Shown here piece after piece: positions 42,101 to 50,800 of a stretch of 64,000 nt of DNA. The notes below the pieces were generated by a model, which was not told the origin of the DNA, made no database searches, and saw only the letters and a list, made by a program, of their open reading frames with translations. The translations under genes and the position numbers were made by a program. Each line of letters begins with the position of its first letter. Within the stretch, counting starts at the first letter, position 1. The stretch comes from an uncultured Acidobacteriota bacterium (GTDB lineage: Bacteria; Acidobacteriota; Thermoanaerobaculia; Gp7-AA8): assembly GCA_963822445.1 (NCBI GenBank), contig CAWGHO010000002.1:2368001-2432000 (forward strand), in the 5' to 3' direction.

Positions 42101-43443
42101 TGAGCGTCGAAAGCGTCACCGTGCCCGAGGGCGACGAGGGGCTGCGCGAAGTGATTCTTCGCGTGACCATCAGCCGCCGGGCCAGCATCCCGATCACTGT
42201 CAACTGGTCCTCCCACGGGCAATCGACCAACGCATCGGGCACGCTGACCTTCCTCCCGGGCGGACCGCTCACGCAGACCATTTCCGTTCGCGTCCAGGGT
42301 GATCGAATTTCGGAGGACGATGGGGGGATCGAGGTCGTCCTGCGCGCCGAAGGGGTCGTGCTGCCGCCGACGGTCACCGGGCGCGTGACCATCAAGGATG
42401 ATGACTTCGCCACGTTGTCGATCGTCGATACGACAGTGAGCGAATCGCGGAACAGCGTGACTCTGCTGCTCGTGTCGAGCGGCCCGAGCCAAAAGGACAT
42501 CGCGATCACCTACACGACCGTCGCCGGCACGGCCACGGCAGGGGAAGACTTCACGACCACCACCCGCACGCTGACGATCGACAGCTTCGCCGCGGTGACG
42601 GTTCCGATCGTCGCCGACAGCGCGGCGGAGGGACTCGAGACGTTCACGATCGTCCTGTCCGACGTGAAGGGCGCGCGGATTCAGCGCGGCACGGCCACGG
42701 TGACGATCCTCGACGACGACTCGGCAGCGCTGCCCGTCCTCCGCGCGGACCCGGTAACGGTGCAGGAGTCGGGCGATGGCGTGGCGGTGTTCCGGGTCTA
42801 TCTGTCGTTCCCGGCGCGGACCGAGGTGAGCGTGCGCGCGAGAGCCATCGCGGGAACGGCGGCGGAGCGGCTCGACTTCGAGGCCTACGACCGGACGCTG
42901 GTCATTCCGGCTGGACAGACGGAGTCGGTCGTTGGGGTGAAGATCGTCAAAGATTTCGACGTCGACCCCTCGGAGACGTTCGAGCTGGCGTTGTCCGACG
43001 TGGTGGGCGCGACGATCGGCACGCCGAGCGCCACAGCGACGATCGTCGACGACGACCTACGCTTCGATCCGAACGCGGTGGCGATCGAAGTGGCTGGCGC
43101 GCCGGTGACCGAGGGAACGGGCGGCACGACCCCGGCCCGCTTCAGTGTGCGCCTGTCCCGCGCAGGCTCGGTTCCGGTCACCGTGCAGTACGCCACGACG
43201 GACGGCGATGCGACGGCACCCGCGGACTATGCTCCTCTGTCCGGAACGATGACGTTCGCACCCGGCGAGACGGTGAAGTTCATCGACGTGAATATCAACG
43301 CCGACACGAGCGCGGAGCCGGACGAGACGTTCCGTTTAGTGGTAGGGAATGCGACGAATGCGACGATCCGCGTACCCGCCGCGGTCTGTCGCGTGATCAA
43401 CGACGACACGGCCCCGGAGAAGGGGCGAGCGGTGCGGCACTAG
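39196..43443 (+). CDS. Large secreted surface protein: autotransporter-associated beta-strand repeat, Ig-like/IPT domains and multiple Calx-beta domains
   Basis: Signal peptide; GPLTKVGSG...NTWSGLTRVLDGTL; repeated YxTxDGTA.AG.DY...GxxTFxPGE and TIxDDD motifs. Confidence 0.88.
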   Translation: MNLRWLLALCVLVFSVSAKAGMHVWTGAANDRFSDAGNWIGGSPAGDAEAELVFPAGPERVVLTNDITGLTVRTISFSGVAYAIGGSPITLTGGAEVFDTTSGPNAIACDVHLAGGATFLSDHWTNYSFNTPSGLEFSGVIGGTGPLTKVGSGVVIFSGSRPNTWSGLTRVLDGTLRLAKEPGVNAVPGDVNVSGTGFNGQDGTLAVAAAHQIPDTAAIRVGGQARFLIEADEIVGPLEVEGNAEVNGRLILTNDVTVLDGSSSSEVRLWGFALSGIRTIRMLGSTSVSIYRISDHTPGSGLILRTEGGAPRSLNIDATYFGPTIIDIDGSVRLVNRNTAVRLRRGTFQGNVASLAAEGGTVDGTSGGVTTTGDLRVHAAATMKLAADQSVVSVGGVLDLRRAKLALDYYQSVTRTLGATYAAVRNTGPDPVSGTFADVPEGTILSDRFRISYRGNDGNDITMTDVGKFASSTRLEYEPTYLEGGRPVTLVATVTIPQFGGTPTGTITFREGTTVLGTAPFSYRSSITIQPERGMHTYTATFESPDSSIKPSTGTVQVPVPAIRAELDSVEPMEVTSGTTVELILRGSGFLPGGEVVIDSKELPSTFISPSEVRATWNVYHVDFDAWAAVMYRQPGPGAVPSPQVQVRIRKVVDPYALLFEPSAVSGRVTPGGNAVWFSTAYLGGGTYASHAEIMSDSDGDGVVRWAQVNGIPSVSLWLLIDTITAKVSGGRPNGSPAQRSSFPTAMFLRDEQGRHTYAYLCAGFETHVLWIRPNQGAWFLSGFDGSNADIAEGRNGCWMFRASQMYDIIGSPSSPPQAFERGDIVVGIERTFDFTSWFGDRIDQHLAESDGPGTIAFGERTEVGFTDEGATQRMPLLRTGGTDGQVSVDYTTVDGTAKAGLHYVPASGRVTFGPGEVQKFIEVRLLNAGDYAGGARFKVVLQNPARAAMGDVRERVITINDHDEAPMLSVESVTVPEGDEGLREVILRVTISRRASIPITVNWSSHGQSTNASGTLTFLPGGPLTQTISVRVQGDRISEDDGGIEVVLRAEGVVLPPTVTGRVTIKDDDFATLSIVDTTVSESRNSVTLLLVSSGPSQKDIAITYTTVAGTATAGEDFTTTTRTLTIDSFAAVTVPIVADSAAEGLETFTIVLSDVKGARIQRGTATVTILDDDSAALPVLRADPVTVQESGDGVAVFRVYLSFPARTEVSVRARAIAGTAAERLDFEAYDRTLVIPAGQTESVVGVKIVKDFDVDPSETFELALSDVVGATIGTPSATATIVDDDLRFDPNAVAIEVAGAPVTEGTGGTTPARFSVRLSRAGSVPVTVQYATTDGDATAPADYAPLSGTMTFAPGETVKFIDVNINADTSAEPDETFRLVVGNATNATIRVPAAVCRVINDDTAPEKGRAVRH

Positions 43444-43493
43444 GTCAGTACGCAAACGAAAAGGCTCGCCATCTGGCGAGCCTTTTCATTTGC
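43436..43493 (+). repeat. Direct repeat copy 2 / terminator
   Basis: Near-identical to 39096..39154. Confidence 0.85.
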
Positions 43494-43498
43494 TCGCG

Positions 43499-43590
43499 GC
43501 AGGCAGTGGGCAGTAGGCGGGGGAACGACGCCATCATTTCCGTGGATGGGCGGCGGCCCCCTGCCTACCGCCCACTGCCTACTGCCTACC
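43499..43590. repeat. Heptamer tandem-repeat hairpin, (GGCAGTR)n ... (YACTGCC)n
   Basis: Inverted tandem heptamers; right arm overlaps the stop codon of the convergent gene. Confidence 0.75.
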
Positions 43591-43906
43591 GTTCTCTGAT
43601 GCGCCGGTCGTACTCCGCCGCCCGGTCCAGAAACGACTCGATGCTCCGGCCCAGCCCCAGCTTCTCGGTCAAATCGCTGGACTTGTCGAAATCCGCCCGC
43701 AGCCGCGTCGCCTCGGCCAGGTAGTAATCGCGAAGGCCGTTTTCCACCTGAAACTCCGGATACTTCTCCGCCAGCGTGCGCATCCACTCCTCGACCTGCC
43801 GTCTGCGGTCCTTGTCGCCGGCGCCGCTCTTGAGCTCGGACAGGAGGTTCGTGACCACGCCGGAGAGGATCTGCATTCGCTGCTGCTGCACTTCGTCGGT
43901 TGACAT
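43586..43906 (-). CDS. Small alpha-helical hypothetical protein (106 aa)
   Basis: MSTDEVQQQRMQILSG...; plausible composition; TAAACT 7 nt upstream. Confidence 0.7.
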   Translation of the reverse strand: MSTDEVQQQRMQILSGVVTNLLSELKSGAGDKDRRRQVEEWMRTLAEKYPEFQVENGLRDYYLAEATRLRADFDKSSDLTEKLGLGRSIESFLDRAAEYDRRIRER

Positions 43907-43933
43907 GCGCGCGAGTTTACAATGCGCGGCGGC

Positions 43934-45430
43934 ATGAAGGTCCTCATCGCGAATCGTGGCGAGATCGCCGTCCGCGTGATCCGCGCCTGTCGCGAGATGG
44001 GCTATCCCACCGTGGCCGTCTACTCCGAGCCCGACCGCTCGGCGATGCACGTCGTTTACGCCGATCAGGCCATGCCCGTCGGCCCGGCACCGTCGCGCGA
44101 AAGCTACCTGCGCATCGACCGCATTCTCGAGGCGGCGAAAAAGACCGGCGCCGACGCGATCCACCCCGGCTACGGATTCCTCGCCGAGAACGCCGAATTC
44201 GCGCGCGCTTGCCGCGACGCCGGGATCATCTTCATCGGTCCCTCGCCGGAATCGATCGAAGCCATGGGCTCGAAGACGGAGAGCCGCCAGCGGATGAAAG
44301 CCGCGGGCGTCCCGGTCGTGCCCGGGCTCACCGAGCCCGTGAAGTCGTTCGATGAGATCGAGGCCTTCGCCAAAGAGGCCGGCTTCCCGATCATGATCAA
44401 AGCCAGCGCGGGCGGTGGAGGCAAAGGCCTGCGTTTCGTCGATCGCGAGGAAGACCTGCGGCCGGCATTCGAGCGGGTCACCAGCGAGGCCGAGTCGTTC
44501 TTCGGCGACGGCGCCGTTTACGCGGAGAAGTTCATCGCCTCGCCGCGTCATATCGAAGTGCAAATCGTCGGCGATCAGCTCGGGAACATCGTCCACGTCG
44601 GCGAGCGCGAATGCACGCTGCAGCGGCGGCACCAGAAGGTCGTCGAGGAGTGCCCGTCCCCCGTCGTCGACGTCGAATTGCGCGCACGCCTCGGGGCAAT
44701 GGCAGTGAAGGCCGCGGCGGCCGTCAATTACTACTCCACCGGCACCATCGAATGTCTGATGGGACCCGATCGCGAGTTCTATTTTCTGGAGATGAACACG
44801 CGGCTGCAGGTCGAGCATCCGGTCACGGAGATGGTCTGGAACGTCGACCTCGTGAAAGAGCAGTTGCGCGTCGCCCAGGGCCAGCCGCTCTCGTTCAGGC
44901 AGGAAGATCTTCGTCCGCTGGGGCACGCCATCGAATGCCGCATTTACGCGGAGGATCCGGCCCGCAAATTCGCGCCTTCGCCGGGGCTCGTTCGCTACCT
45001 CAACCTGCCGCAGGGGCCGGGCATCCGCAACGACAACGGCATCTACGCCGGATACACGGTGCCGGTCTACTACGACCCGATGCTCTCCAAGCTCATCGCT
45101 CACGCCAACTCGCGCGAGGAGGCGATCGCCCGCATGCGCCGTGCGCTGCTCGAGTACCGCGTCGAAGGCATCGAGACCACGATTCCTTTCTTCAGCTTCA
45201 TCATGAACAACGCCGAGTTCCAGGCGGCGACGTTCGACACGGGCTTCATCGATCGCATCCTTCCCGACATCGACTTCGACCAGCGGCCCTCATCAGAAGG
45301 TCATGTCGACGCCGCCATCGCGGCCGCGGCAATCATGGCCTTCGAAGAGTCGCAGAACGTGCAATTGCCGCAGGAGGGCCCTTCGCGCTGGCGTGATGCG
45401 GCGCGGAAGGAAGGAGTGTCGCGGCTTTGA
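43934..45430 (+). CDS. accC: Biotin carboxylase subunit of an acyl-CoA carboxylase
   Basis: ANRGEIA, HPGYGFLAEN, GGGGKG, EMNTRLQVEHPVTE; acetyl versus propionyl specificity unresolved. Confidence 0.9.
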   Translation: MKVLIANRGEIAVRVIRACREMGYPTVAVYSEPDRSAMHVVYADQAMPVGPAPSRESYLRIDRILEAAKKTGADAIHPGYGFLAENAEFARACRDAGIIFIGPSPESIEAMGSKTESRQRMKAAGVPVVPGLTEPVKSFDEIEAFAKEAGFPIMIKASAGGGGKGLRFVDREEDLRPAFERVTSEAESFFGDGAVYAEKFIASPRHIEVQIVGDQLGNIVHVGERECTLQRRHQKVVEECPSPVVDVELRARLGAMAVKAAAAVNYYSTGTIECLMGPDREFYFLEMNTRLQVEHPVTEMVWNVDLVKEQLRVAQGQPLSFRQEDLRPLGHAIECRIYAEDPARKFAPSPGLVRYLNLPQGPGIRNDNGIYAGYTVPVYYDPMLSKLIAHANSREEAIARMRRALLEYRVEGIETTIPFFSFIMNNAEFQAATFDTGFIDRILPDIDFDQRPSSEGHVDAAIAAAAIMAFEESQNVQLPQEGPSRWRDAARKEGVSRL

Positions 45431-45930
45431 AATTCATCGCCCGCGAAGGGGACCGCGAGATCCCGGTCGAAGTCACGCGGCACGGCAGCGGCTATCGCGT
45501 CTGCATCGGCGATCGCTGCATGGACGCCGATCTCGTGGAGATGGGCCGATACGTCCGCTCGCTCCGGCTCGAAGACGGCACGCAGTTCTCGCTGGTCGAT
45601 CACCGCGAAGGAAACATGCACGAGATCTCCTTCGGCAACGCGACCGTGCGCGTGGAGATGGTCGATCCGCTCGCCGCTCGCCGCAAACGCCGCGAGGACG
45701 AGATCAGCGGCGGCGGGGTGATCAAAGCGCTCATGCCCGGGCGGGTCGTGCGCGTCCTCGTGGCCGAGGGGGACACCGTGCGGAAGGGCGCGGGGCTGCT
45801 CATTCTCGAGGCCATGAAGATGGAGAATGAGATCCAGGCGCAGACCGACGGAGTTGTCGATCGGCTGTTCGTCGAGGCGGGTCAGACCGTGGACGCCGGT
45901 GCCGAGCTCGTCCACATCCAGCTCGTATAA
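45427..45930 (+). CDS. Biotin carboxyl carrier protein
   Basis: EAMKMENEI biotinylation motif. Confidence 0.92.
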   Translation: MKFIAREGDREIPVEVTRHGSGYRVCIGDRCMDADLVEMGRYVRSLRLEDGTQFSLVDHREGNMHEISFGNATVRVEMVDPLAARRKRREDEISGGGVIKALMPGRVVRVLVAEGDTVRKGAGLLILEAMKMENEIQAQTDGVVDRLFVEAGQTVDAGAELVHIQLV

Positions 45931-45940
45931 TAACTTCCAC

Positions 45941-48811
45941 ATGTCCAATCAGCCCCTTGGCCCCTACGTCATCGGAGAGCGTGTCGGCACGTCGGTCTGG
46001 CTGGCCGAAGACACGCGCAACGGCAAGCGCGTCGCGCTGAAGCTCCTGAGCAAGCAGCTGCCGAAGGACGAGGGGCGCCGCGAGACGCTGATCCGCGAGG
46101 TCCGCGTCGCCGCCGCGCTGTATCACGCGTTCCTGGTGCCCATTCTCGAGATCACGGCGATCGACGACAACCTGGTGATGATCATGGAGGTCGTCGAGGG
46201 GATGTCGGTCGCGCGCAAGCTGCGCGGCCAGCCCGTCGATCGCGCGGAGTTCTTCCGCGTCGCCTACCAGCTCGCGGCGGTGCTCAAGTACCTCCACACC
46301 AAAGAGCGGCTGCACGGAAACCTGAATGGCGACGCGGTGATGATCACGCCCGAAGGTCAGGTGAAGCTCGGCGGGTTGAATCTGTCGAACCTCCTGCGCC
46401 GCGAGCGCACGTCGTCGCAGTACCAGCAGAAGGGCAGCGATGTCCGTTGCGTTTCGTACATCGCGCCGGAACAGATCTCCTCGCAGGTCATCGACGAAAA
46501 GACAGACATCTTCTCGGTCGGTGTCGTGCTGTACGAGCTGGCCACCGGCAAGCTTCCCTTCGCCGGCAACGCCGCGGCGGACATCGCTCGCGCGATCGTG
46601 GAGGGGCAGCCGATCTCCCCGAAATCGGTCAATCCCGCCATCGACAAAGACGTGATGGCCGTTCTCGGCGCGTGCCTGTTCAAGGACCCGTACAAGCGTC
46701 ACCGCGATGCCAAAGCGCTGGTCGACTCGCTCGAGCGTCTGGACAGCAGCGCGGTCGAATTCGCGATGCAGTTCGAGCGGAAGATCGCCAGCGGAGGAGC
46801 GGCCGCGGCCGAGCACCGCCGCACGATCCTCTTCCTGGCCGACGTCGCGAATTACGACGAGCTCCTGGCCGAAGATCCCGAGGCCGCCGCGAAGGCTGCT
46901 GCCCGCATGCAGCAGGTACTCGGCGAAGGCGTCTACCTCTTCGACGGTAAGGTCGTCGACCCGTTCGGGACGCGCCTCATCGCCGAGTTGCCCTCCGTCG
47001 AGAGCGCGCTCGAAGCTGGGCGCAAGGGCGAGTTCGACTTCTCGCCCGACCAGACCGTCAGCATCAGCGACCGCCTGAAAGTCCGCATGCTCCTGCATGC
47101 CGGCGAGCTCGAGATCAACGAAGGTGTCGTCTCGGGACCGGCTGTCGAGAAAGGCATTGCCGCTCTGGCGCACCTCACGCCGAACACGCTGTTCATCTCC
47201 GAAGAATTCGTGAAGGAAGGGCGTGGGCAGGTTCGGTTGCGCGATGCCGGTGCGAAGGGCGGGCTGAAGCTCTTCACGATCGTTCCCGTGGAGCCGCCCC
47301 AGGCCACGATCGACGAGCCGGAACCGACGACCGCGGATATCGAAGCCGAACTGGCCGCGGAAGCCGCGGAGCTCGCGGCCGCGCAGCGCCTCGCCCGCAG
47401 GAAGCAGCTCACGACTTTTGCGATCGCCGCGAGCGTGCTGGTGCTGATCGGCATCGCCGTGGTCCTGATGTGGGCGAAGCGCGGACCGACGGAAACCGTG
47501 AAACCTGCCGTGGCCGCGGCGCCGGCATTACCAGACCATCCGACGGCCGCCCATCCGCAGACGGTTCATCTCTCGCAATTCACCGTCGAAGTTCCCGATC
47601 CCCTCGTCGCCGAGCGCGCAAACGCCATCCGCCTCGGCGCAGCAGCGATTCTCCGCAGCTTCCCCGAGTTGCGCGTCGCCGAAACCGCCGGCCCCGACAC
47701 GCCGACGTTCTCGGCGCGCATCCGTCTCGGCGCAACCGGCGCGGAGCTCGTCCCCGTCGCTGCCGGAAAATCCGGACCGGCAGTGCCGCTCCTCGACTCG
47801 GCGAGCGGCATTCGCACTCTCGTCCAGTTCGTGATCGCCGAAGTGAAAGCACAACCGCGGACGTATGCGGCCGCGGACGCGCTGAACTCTTTCGCAGACG
47901 CCTTGCTCGCCCGCTCGCTGAACGACACGACCCGCGCCGACGCTTCTCTGCGCGCGGCGATGCAGTCCGATCCCCGATTCCTGCCGGCGCAGCTCACGGC
48001 GATGGAGTTCTTCGCTCTCAACGGCCAGGAAGAGGATGCGATCGCCGCGGCGAAGCAGGTCGTGGCGCTCGATCCGGCGAACATCGGAGCCGCCCGAAAA
48101 GTCGCGCGAGCAAGCCTGATCCTCGGCGATCTCCAGCAGTCCTTCGCCCTGTACCAGCTGGTGCTCGATCGCGAGCCGAATGATGCCGAGGCGCTGAATC
48201 TCGTCGCACGGTATTCGCTGGCGACGGGGAACACGGCACAGTTCAACACGATGCTTTCGCGGCTGCAGAAAGTTCCGCCGCTGCAGGTCACCGCGCACGC
48301 ACCCGACGCACTCGCCGCCTCCGGAAGACTGAGCACTGCCGTCGATCGCTACTACGACGTGCCCGCCGATCGCCGCGCCAGTCCGGCACTGGCGCTCAAG
48401 ATCGGCCGGCTCACCGTCCTTCGTCACTCGATGCCGCTGGCCGAGGATGAGCTGAAGCGGCTCGCGCAATCCGATCCGCTTTACGGCTACCACATGCTCA
48501 AGGCCTACATGGCCGCCGAGAATCGCAATCGCGACGAAGCGGTGAGGGAGTTGGAGCTCGCACTCAAGGCCGCGCTTCCGGGTGACGACTCCTGGACCTC
48601 CGCTGCCGAGGTTTACGCGATCCTGAACGACACCAGCGGTGTGATCGCCTCGCTGGAAAAGGCGGCGCAGCGCAAAGAGCCGACGTCCGCGTACATCCTC
48701 GCCAATCCGCTCTTCAAGTACCTGGAGAACGACGCGCGGTTCGCGAAGCTGCAGACGAAGCTCACCGAGCAGCAGGCGGAGATCAAAACCGCGCTCGCGC
48801 AGGTGAAGTAG
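45941..48811 (+). CDS. Membrane protein: degenerate Ser/Thr kinase, degenerate class III nucleotide cyclase, TM helix and TPR
   Basis: VALKLL, YIAPEQ, DIFSVGVVLYELATGKLPF; TILFLADV...VRMLLHAGE; TM FAIAASVLVLIGIAVVLMW; TPR-like C-terminus. Confidence 0.85.
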   Translation: MSNQPLGPYVIGERVGTSVWLAEDTRNGKRVALKLLSKQLPKDEGRRETLIREVRVAAALYHAFLVPILEITAIDDNLVMIMEVVEGMSVARKLRGQPVDRAEFFRVAYQLAAVLKYLHTKERLHGNLNGDAVMITPEGQVKLGGLNLSNLLRRERTSSQYQQKGSDVRCVSYIAPEQISSQVIDEKTDIFSVGVVLYELATGKLPFAGNAAADIARAIVEGQPISPKSVNPAIDKDVMAVLGACLFKDPYKRHRDAKALVDSLERLDSSAVEFAMQFERKIASGGAAAAEHRRTILFLADVANYDELLAEDPEAAAKAAARMQQVLGEGVYLFDGKVVDPFGTRLIAELPSVESALEAGRKGEFDFSPDQTVSISDRLKVRMLLHAGELEINEGVVSGPAVEKGIAALAHLTPNTLFISEEFVKEGRGQVRLRDAGAKGGLKLFTIVPVEPPQATIDEPEPTTADIEAELAAEAAELAAAQRLARRKQLTTFAIAASVLVLIGIAVVLMWAKRGPTETVKPAVAAAPALPDHPTAAHPQTVHLSQFTVEVPDPLVAERANAIRLGAAAILRSFPELRVAETAGPDTPTFSARIRLGATGAELVPVAAGKSGPAVPLLDSASGIRTLVQFVIAEVKAQPRTYAAADALNSFADALLARSLNDTTRADASLRAAMQSDPRFLPAQLTAMEFFALNGQEEDAIAAAKQVVALDPANIGAARKVARASLILGDLQQSFALYQLVLDREPNDAEALNLVARYSLATGNTAQFNTMLSRLQKVPPLQVTAHAPDALAASGRLSTAVDRYYDVPADRRASPALALKIGRLTVLRHSMPLAEDELKRLAQSDPLYGYHMLKAYMAAENRNRDEAVRELELALKAALPGDDSWTSAAEVYAILNDTSGVIASLEKAAQRKEPTSAYILANPLFKYLENDARFAKLQTKLTEQQAEIKTALAQVK

Positions 48812-48813
48812 CG

Positions 48814-49191
48814 CTATTTCGTCGTGAACAGCACGCTGTATCGCGCGTCGACCAGTGCTCCCTTCAGGTCATAGCACCGGATCGAGACGAGGATGTCCTT
48901 TCCCGTCTCGACGAAGCTGGTGACGCTGCAGAAGGTGTTCATCGTGTTCACCGGCGTGACCTGTACGTTGCCGCCTGCCGACATCGGGCCGAGTTTCTCG
49001 AACCGGATCTGATACGTCCCTTTTGCGACTCGCGTGATCTTGATGTCACCTGCAGGATTGAACGAGTTGTTGTTGCCCGGCGAATAGCTTGGTGTGACTG
49101 GATGGGCGCCCACCGCCCACGCCGACGTCGCACCAAACGCTGGAACCGCCGCTGCCAACAGAAAGACCGCGAAGACGTACCGCTTGCTCAT
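48814..49191 (-). CDS. Small secreted hypothetical protein
   Basis: Signal peptide, GGAGGT SD. Confidence 0.75.
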   Translation of the reverse strand: MSKRYVFAVFLLAAAVPAFGATSAWAVGAHPVTPSYSPGNNNSFNPAGDIKITRVAKGTYQIRFEKLGPMSAGGNVQVTPVNTMNTFCSVTSFVETGKDILVSIRCYDLKGALVDARYSVLFTTK

Positions 49192-49233
49192 TTGCTACCT
49201 CCGTTCAAGGTAGTGAGCCCGGCCGTTGATTCG

Positions 49234-49545
49234 TTACAAGTCCCTCGGCGGGGACGGCCGCCCCTGCTTGCGCCGCTCCACCGCCATCACCCGAATCGAC
49301 TCCTTGAGGTCGACGATGGCCAGCTTGACCGCGTCGCGGAACATCGGTGCGCGGAAGCGGCTCTGCAGAAGGCGGCGGCGGCCGTCGGTCAGCCGCACCG
49401 TGGAGATGGTCAGGGTGTCCTCGTCTTCGCGTGTGTAGACGAAGCCGTTGCTGACCATCGCCGACAGCGACTTCACCAACGCATCGGGAAGGAGGAAGAC
49501 GCCGTTACGGCACACGACGTACTGCGGCTCGTCTGACGGCATCAT
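49234..49545 (-). CDS. Hypothetical protein (~103 aa)
   Basis: C-terminal part of ORF 49234..49890 from MMPSDEP, divergent from queD. Confidence 0.55.
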   Translation of the reverse strand: MMPSDEPQYVVCRNGVFLLPDALVKSLSAMVSNGFVYTREDEDTLTISTVRLTDGRRRLLQSRFRAPMFRDAVKLAIVDLKESIRVMAVERRKQGRPSPPRDL

Positions 49546-49572
49546 TCGAATAGGATTACAAAAGGTGAACCA

Positions 49573-49983
49573 ATGATCGTTTCTGCAAGACTGACGTTCT
49601 CGGCAGCCCACCGTCTGCACAATCCGAACCGTGATGCGGACTGGAACCGCCGGACGTACGACAAATGCGACAACCCGGGCGGCCACGGCCACAACTACAC
49701 CCTCGAAGTGAGCGTGAAGGGGCGGATCGACCCGGAAACAGGGATGGTCATCGACCTGAAGCAGCTCAAGGACATCATGCGCGACCGCGTCGTCGATCGC
49801 GTCGATCACACCAATCTGAACGAAGACGTCGACTTCCTGCGCGGGGTGATTCCCACGGCCGAGAACCTGGCCCGCTCGTTCTGGGAGCAACTCGCCCCGG
49901 CCATTCCGCGCGGCGAGTTGTACGAGGTGTTTCTTCAGGAGACCGATCGGAATTCGGTGCGCTATCGGGGAGAGGATCAGTAG
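49573..49983 (+). CDS. queD: 6-carboxytetrahydropterin synthase / PTPS family
   Basis: FSAAHRL, CDNPGGHGHNY, GMVIDL, DHTNLN, TAENLA. Confidence 0.9.
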   Translation: MIVSARLTFSAAHRLHNPNRDADWNRRTYDKCDNPGGHGHNYTLEVSVKGRIDPETGMVIDLKQLKDIMRDRVVDRVDHTNLNEDVDFLRGVIPTAENLARSFWEQLAPAIPRGELYEVFLQETDRNSVRYRGEDQ

Positions 49984-50001
49984 GTTCCGCTTGGTCCTCT
50001 C

Positions 50002-50123
50002 TTCAGTTTATCCCCGCGCGTAGACGCGGGGATCTCTCGGTTACACCGCGCGACCGTAGCCTAAACACGCGAATCGTTTGTGCACGGAGAGATCCCCGCG
50101 TCTGCGCGCGGGGATAAACTGAA
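50002..50123. repeat. REP-doublet (REPIN-like) element, copy 2
   Basis: 37-bp inverted arms (1 mismatch), each internally palindromic, around a 48-bp spacer. Confidence 0.9.
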
Positions 50124-50148
50124 AAAGCAGCGATAAACTGCAAAACAA

Positions 50149-50379
50149 ATGAATTACGACCTGGCCATGATGGCTCTCGAGGGGATGGCGCGTGCGCCGA
50201 TGTCGCTGCGGGTGGAGGGTGGGGAAGTGGTGATCGAAGGGGAGGCGGCGTCGTTCAAGGAGCTGGCGCGGCTGTGCCTCCTGCTCGGTGGAACGCAGAC
50301 GACGAATGAAGAGTTCGAGCTCGCGCCCGGTGTTCACGTGACGCGCGAGTCGTTGAAATTACGACTCGTAATCCGGTGA
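50149..50379 (+). CDS. Small hypothetical protein (weak resemblance to Imm32-type immunity proteins)
   Basis: EVVIEGEAASFKELARLCL; family call is tentative. Confidence 0.5.
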   Translation: MNYDLAMMALEGMARAPMSLRVEGGEVVIEGEAASFKELARLCLLLGGTQTTNEEFELAPGVHVTRESLKLRLVIR

Positions 50380-50799
50380 GTAGGTCACCAGCTCGTTGAG
50401 GAACGTCGCTTTGCGGCGTTGATTGGCGTCGTCGACTTCGAGCAGATCGCGAATCGAGAGCATCCCCACGAGGTGCCCGTCTTCGACGACCGGCAGATGC
50501 CGGCAGCCGATCGACTGCATGGTCTCGAGCGCCGTGTCGATGTCCGCGCGCGGCTCGATCACCACCAGCTCGCGGGTCATGACCGATCCCACGGTCGTGC
50601 CGTCCGGATCGAGGCCCGCCGCCACGACGCGGGACATGATGTCGCGCTCGGAGAAGATGCCGCTCAGGGCACCCGCGTCGACCACCGCGCACGCGCCGAT
50701 GTTGCGGTCCGCCATCCGTTTCGCGGCGGCGCGCACGTTGTCGTCCGACTCGAGAATCGTCAGCGTCTGTCCCTCGATGAGCTCCGCGATCTGCTTCAT
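50359..50799 (-). CDS. CBS-pair protein
   Basis: GIFSERDI, VMT, RHLPVV, GMLSIRDL. Confidence 0.92.
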   Translation of the reverse strand: MKQIAELIEGQTLTILESDDNVRAAAKRMADRNIGACAVVDAGALSGIFSERDIMSRVVAAGLDPDGTTVGSVMTRELVVIEPRADIDTALETMQSIGCRHLPVVEDGHLVGMLSIRDLLEVDDANQRRKATFLNELVTYSPDYES

Positions 50800-50800
50800 C

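Noticed and set aside
39196-43443. Classical type V autotransporter or prophage/ICE at tRNA-Leu
   Set aside because: No C-terminal beta-barrel, and no integrase or phage genes between the repeats.
50002-50123. Possible CRISPR array (arm resembles a type I-E repeat, CCCCGCG...GCGGGGATAAAC)
   Set aside because: Only two units, in inverted rather than direct orientation, and no cas genes in the window.
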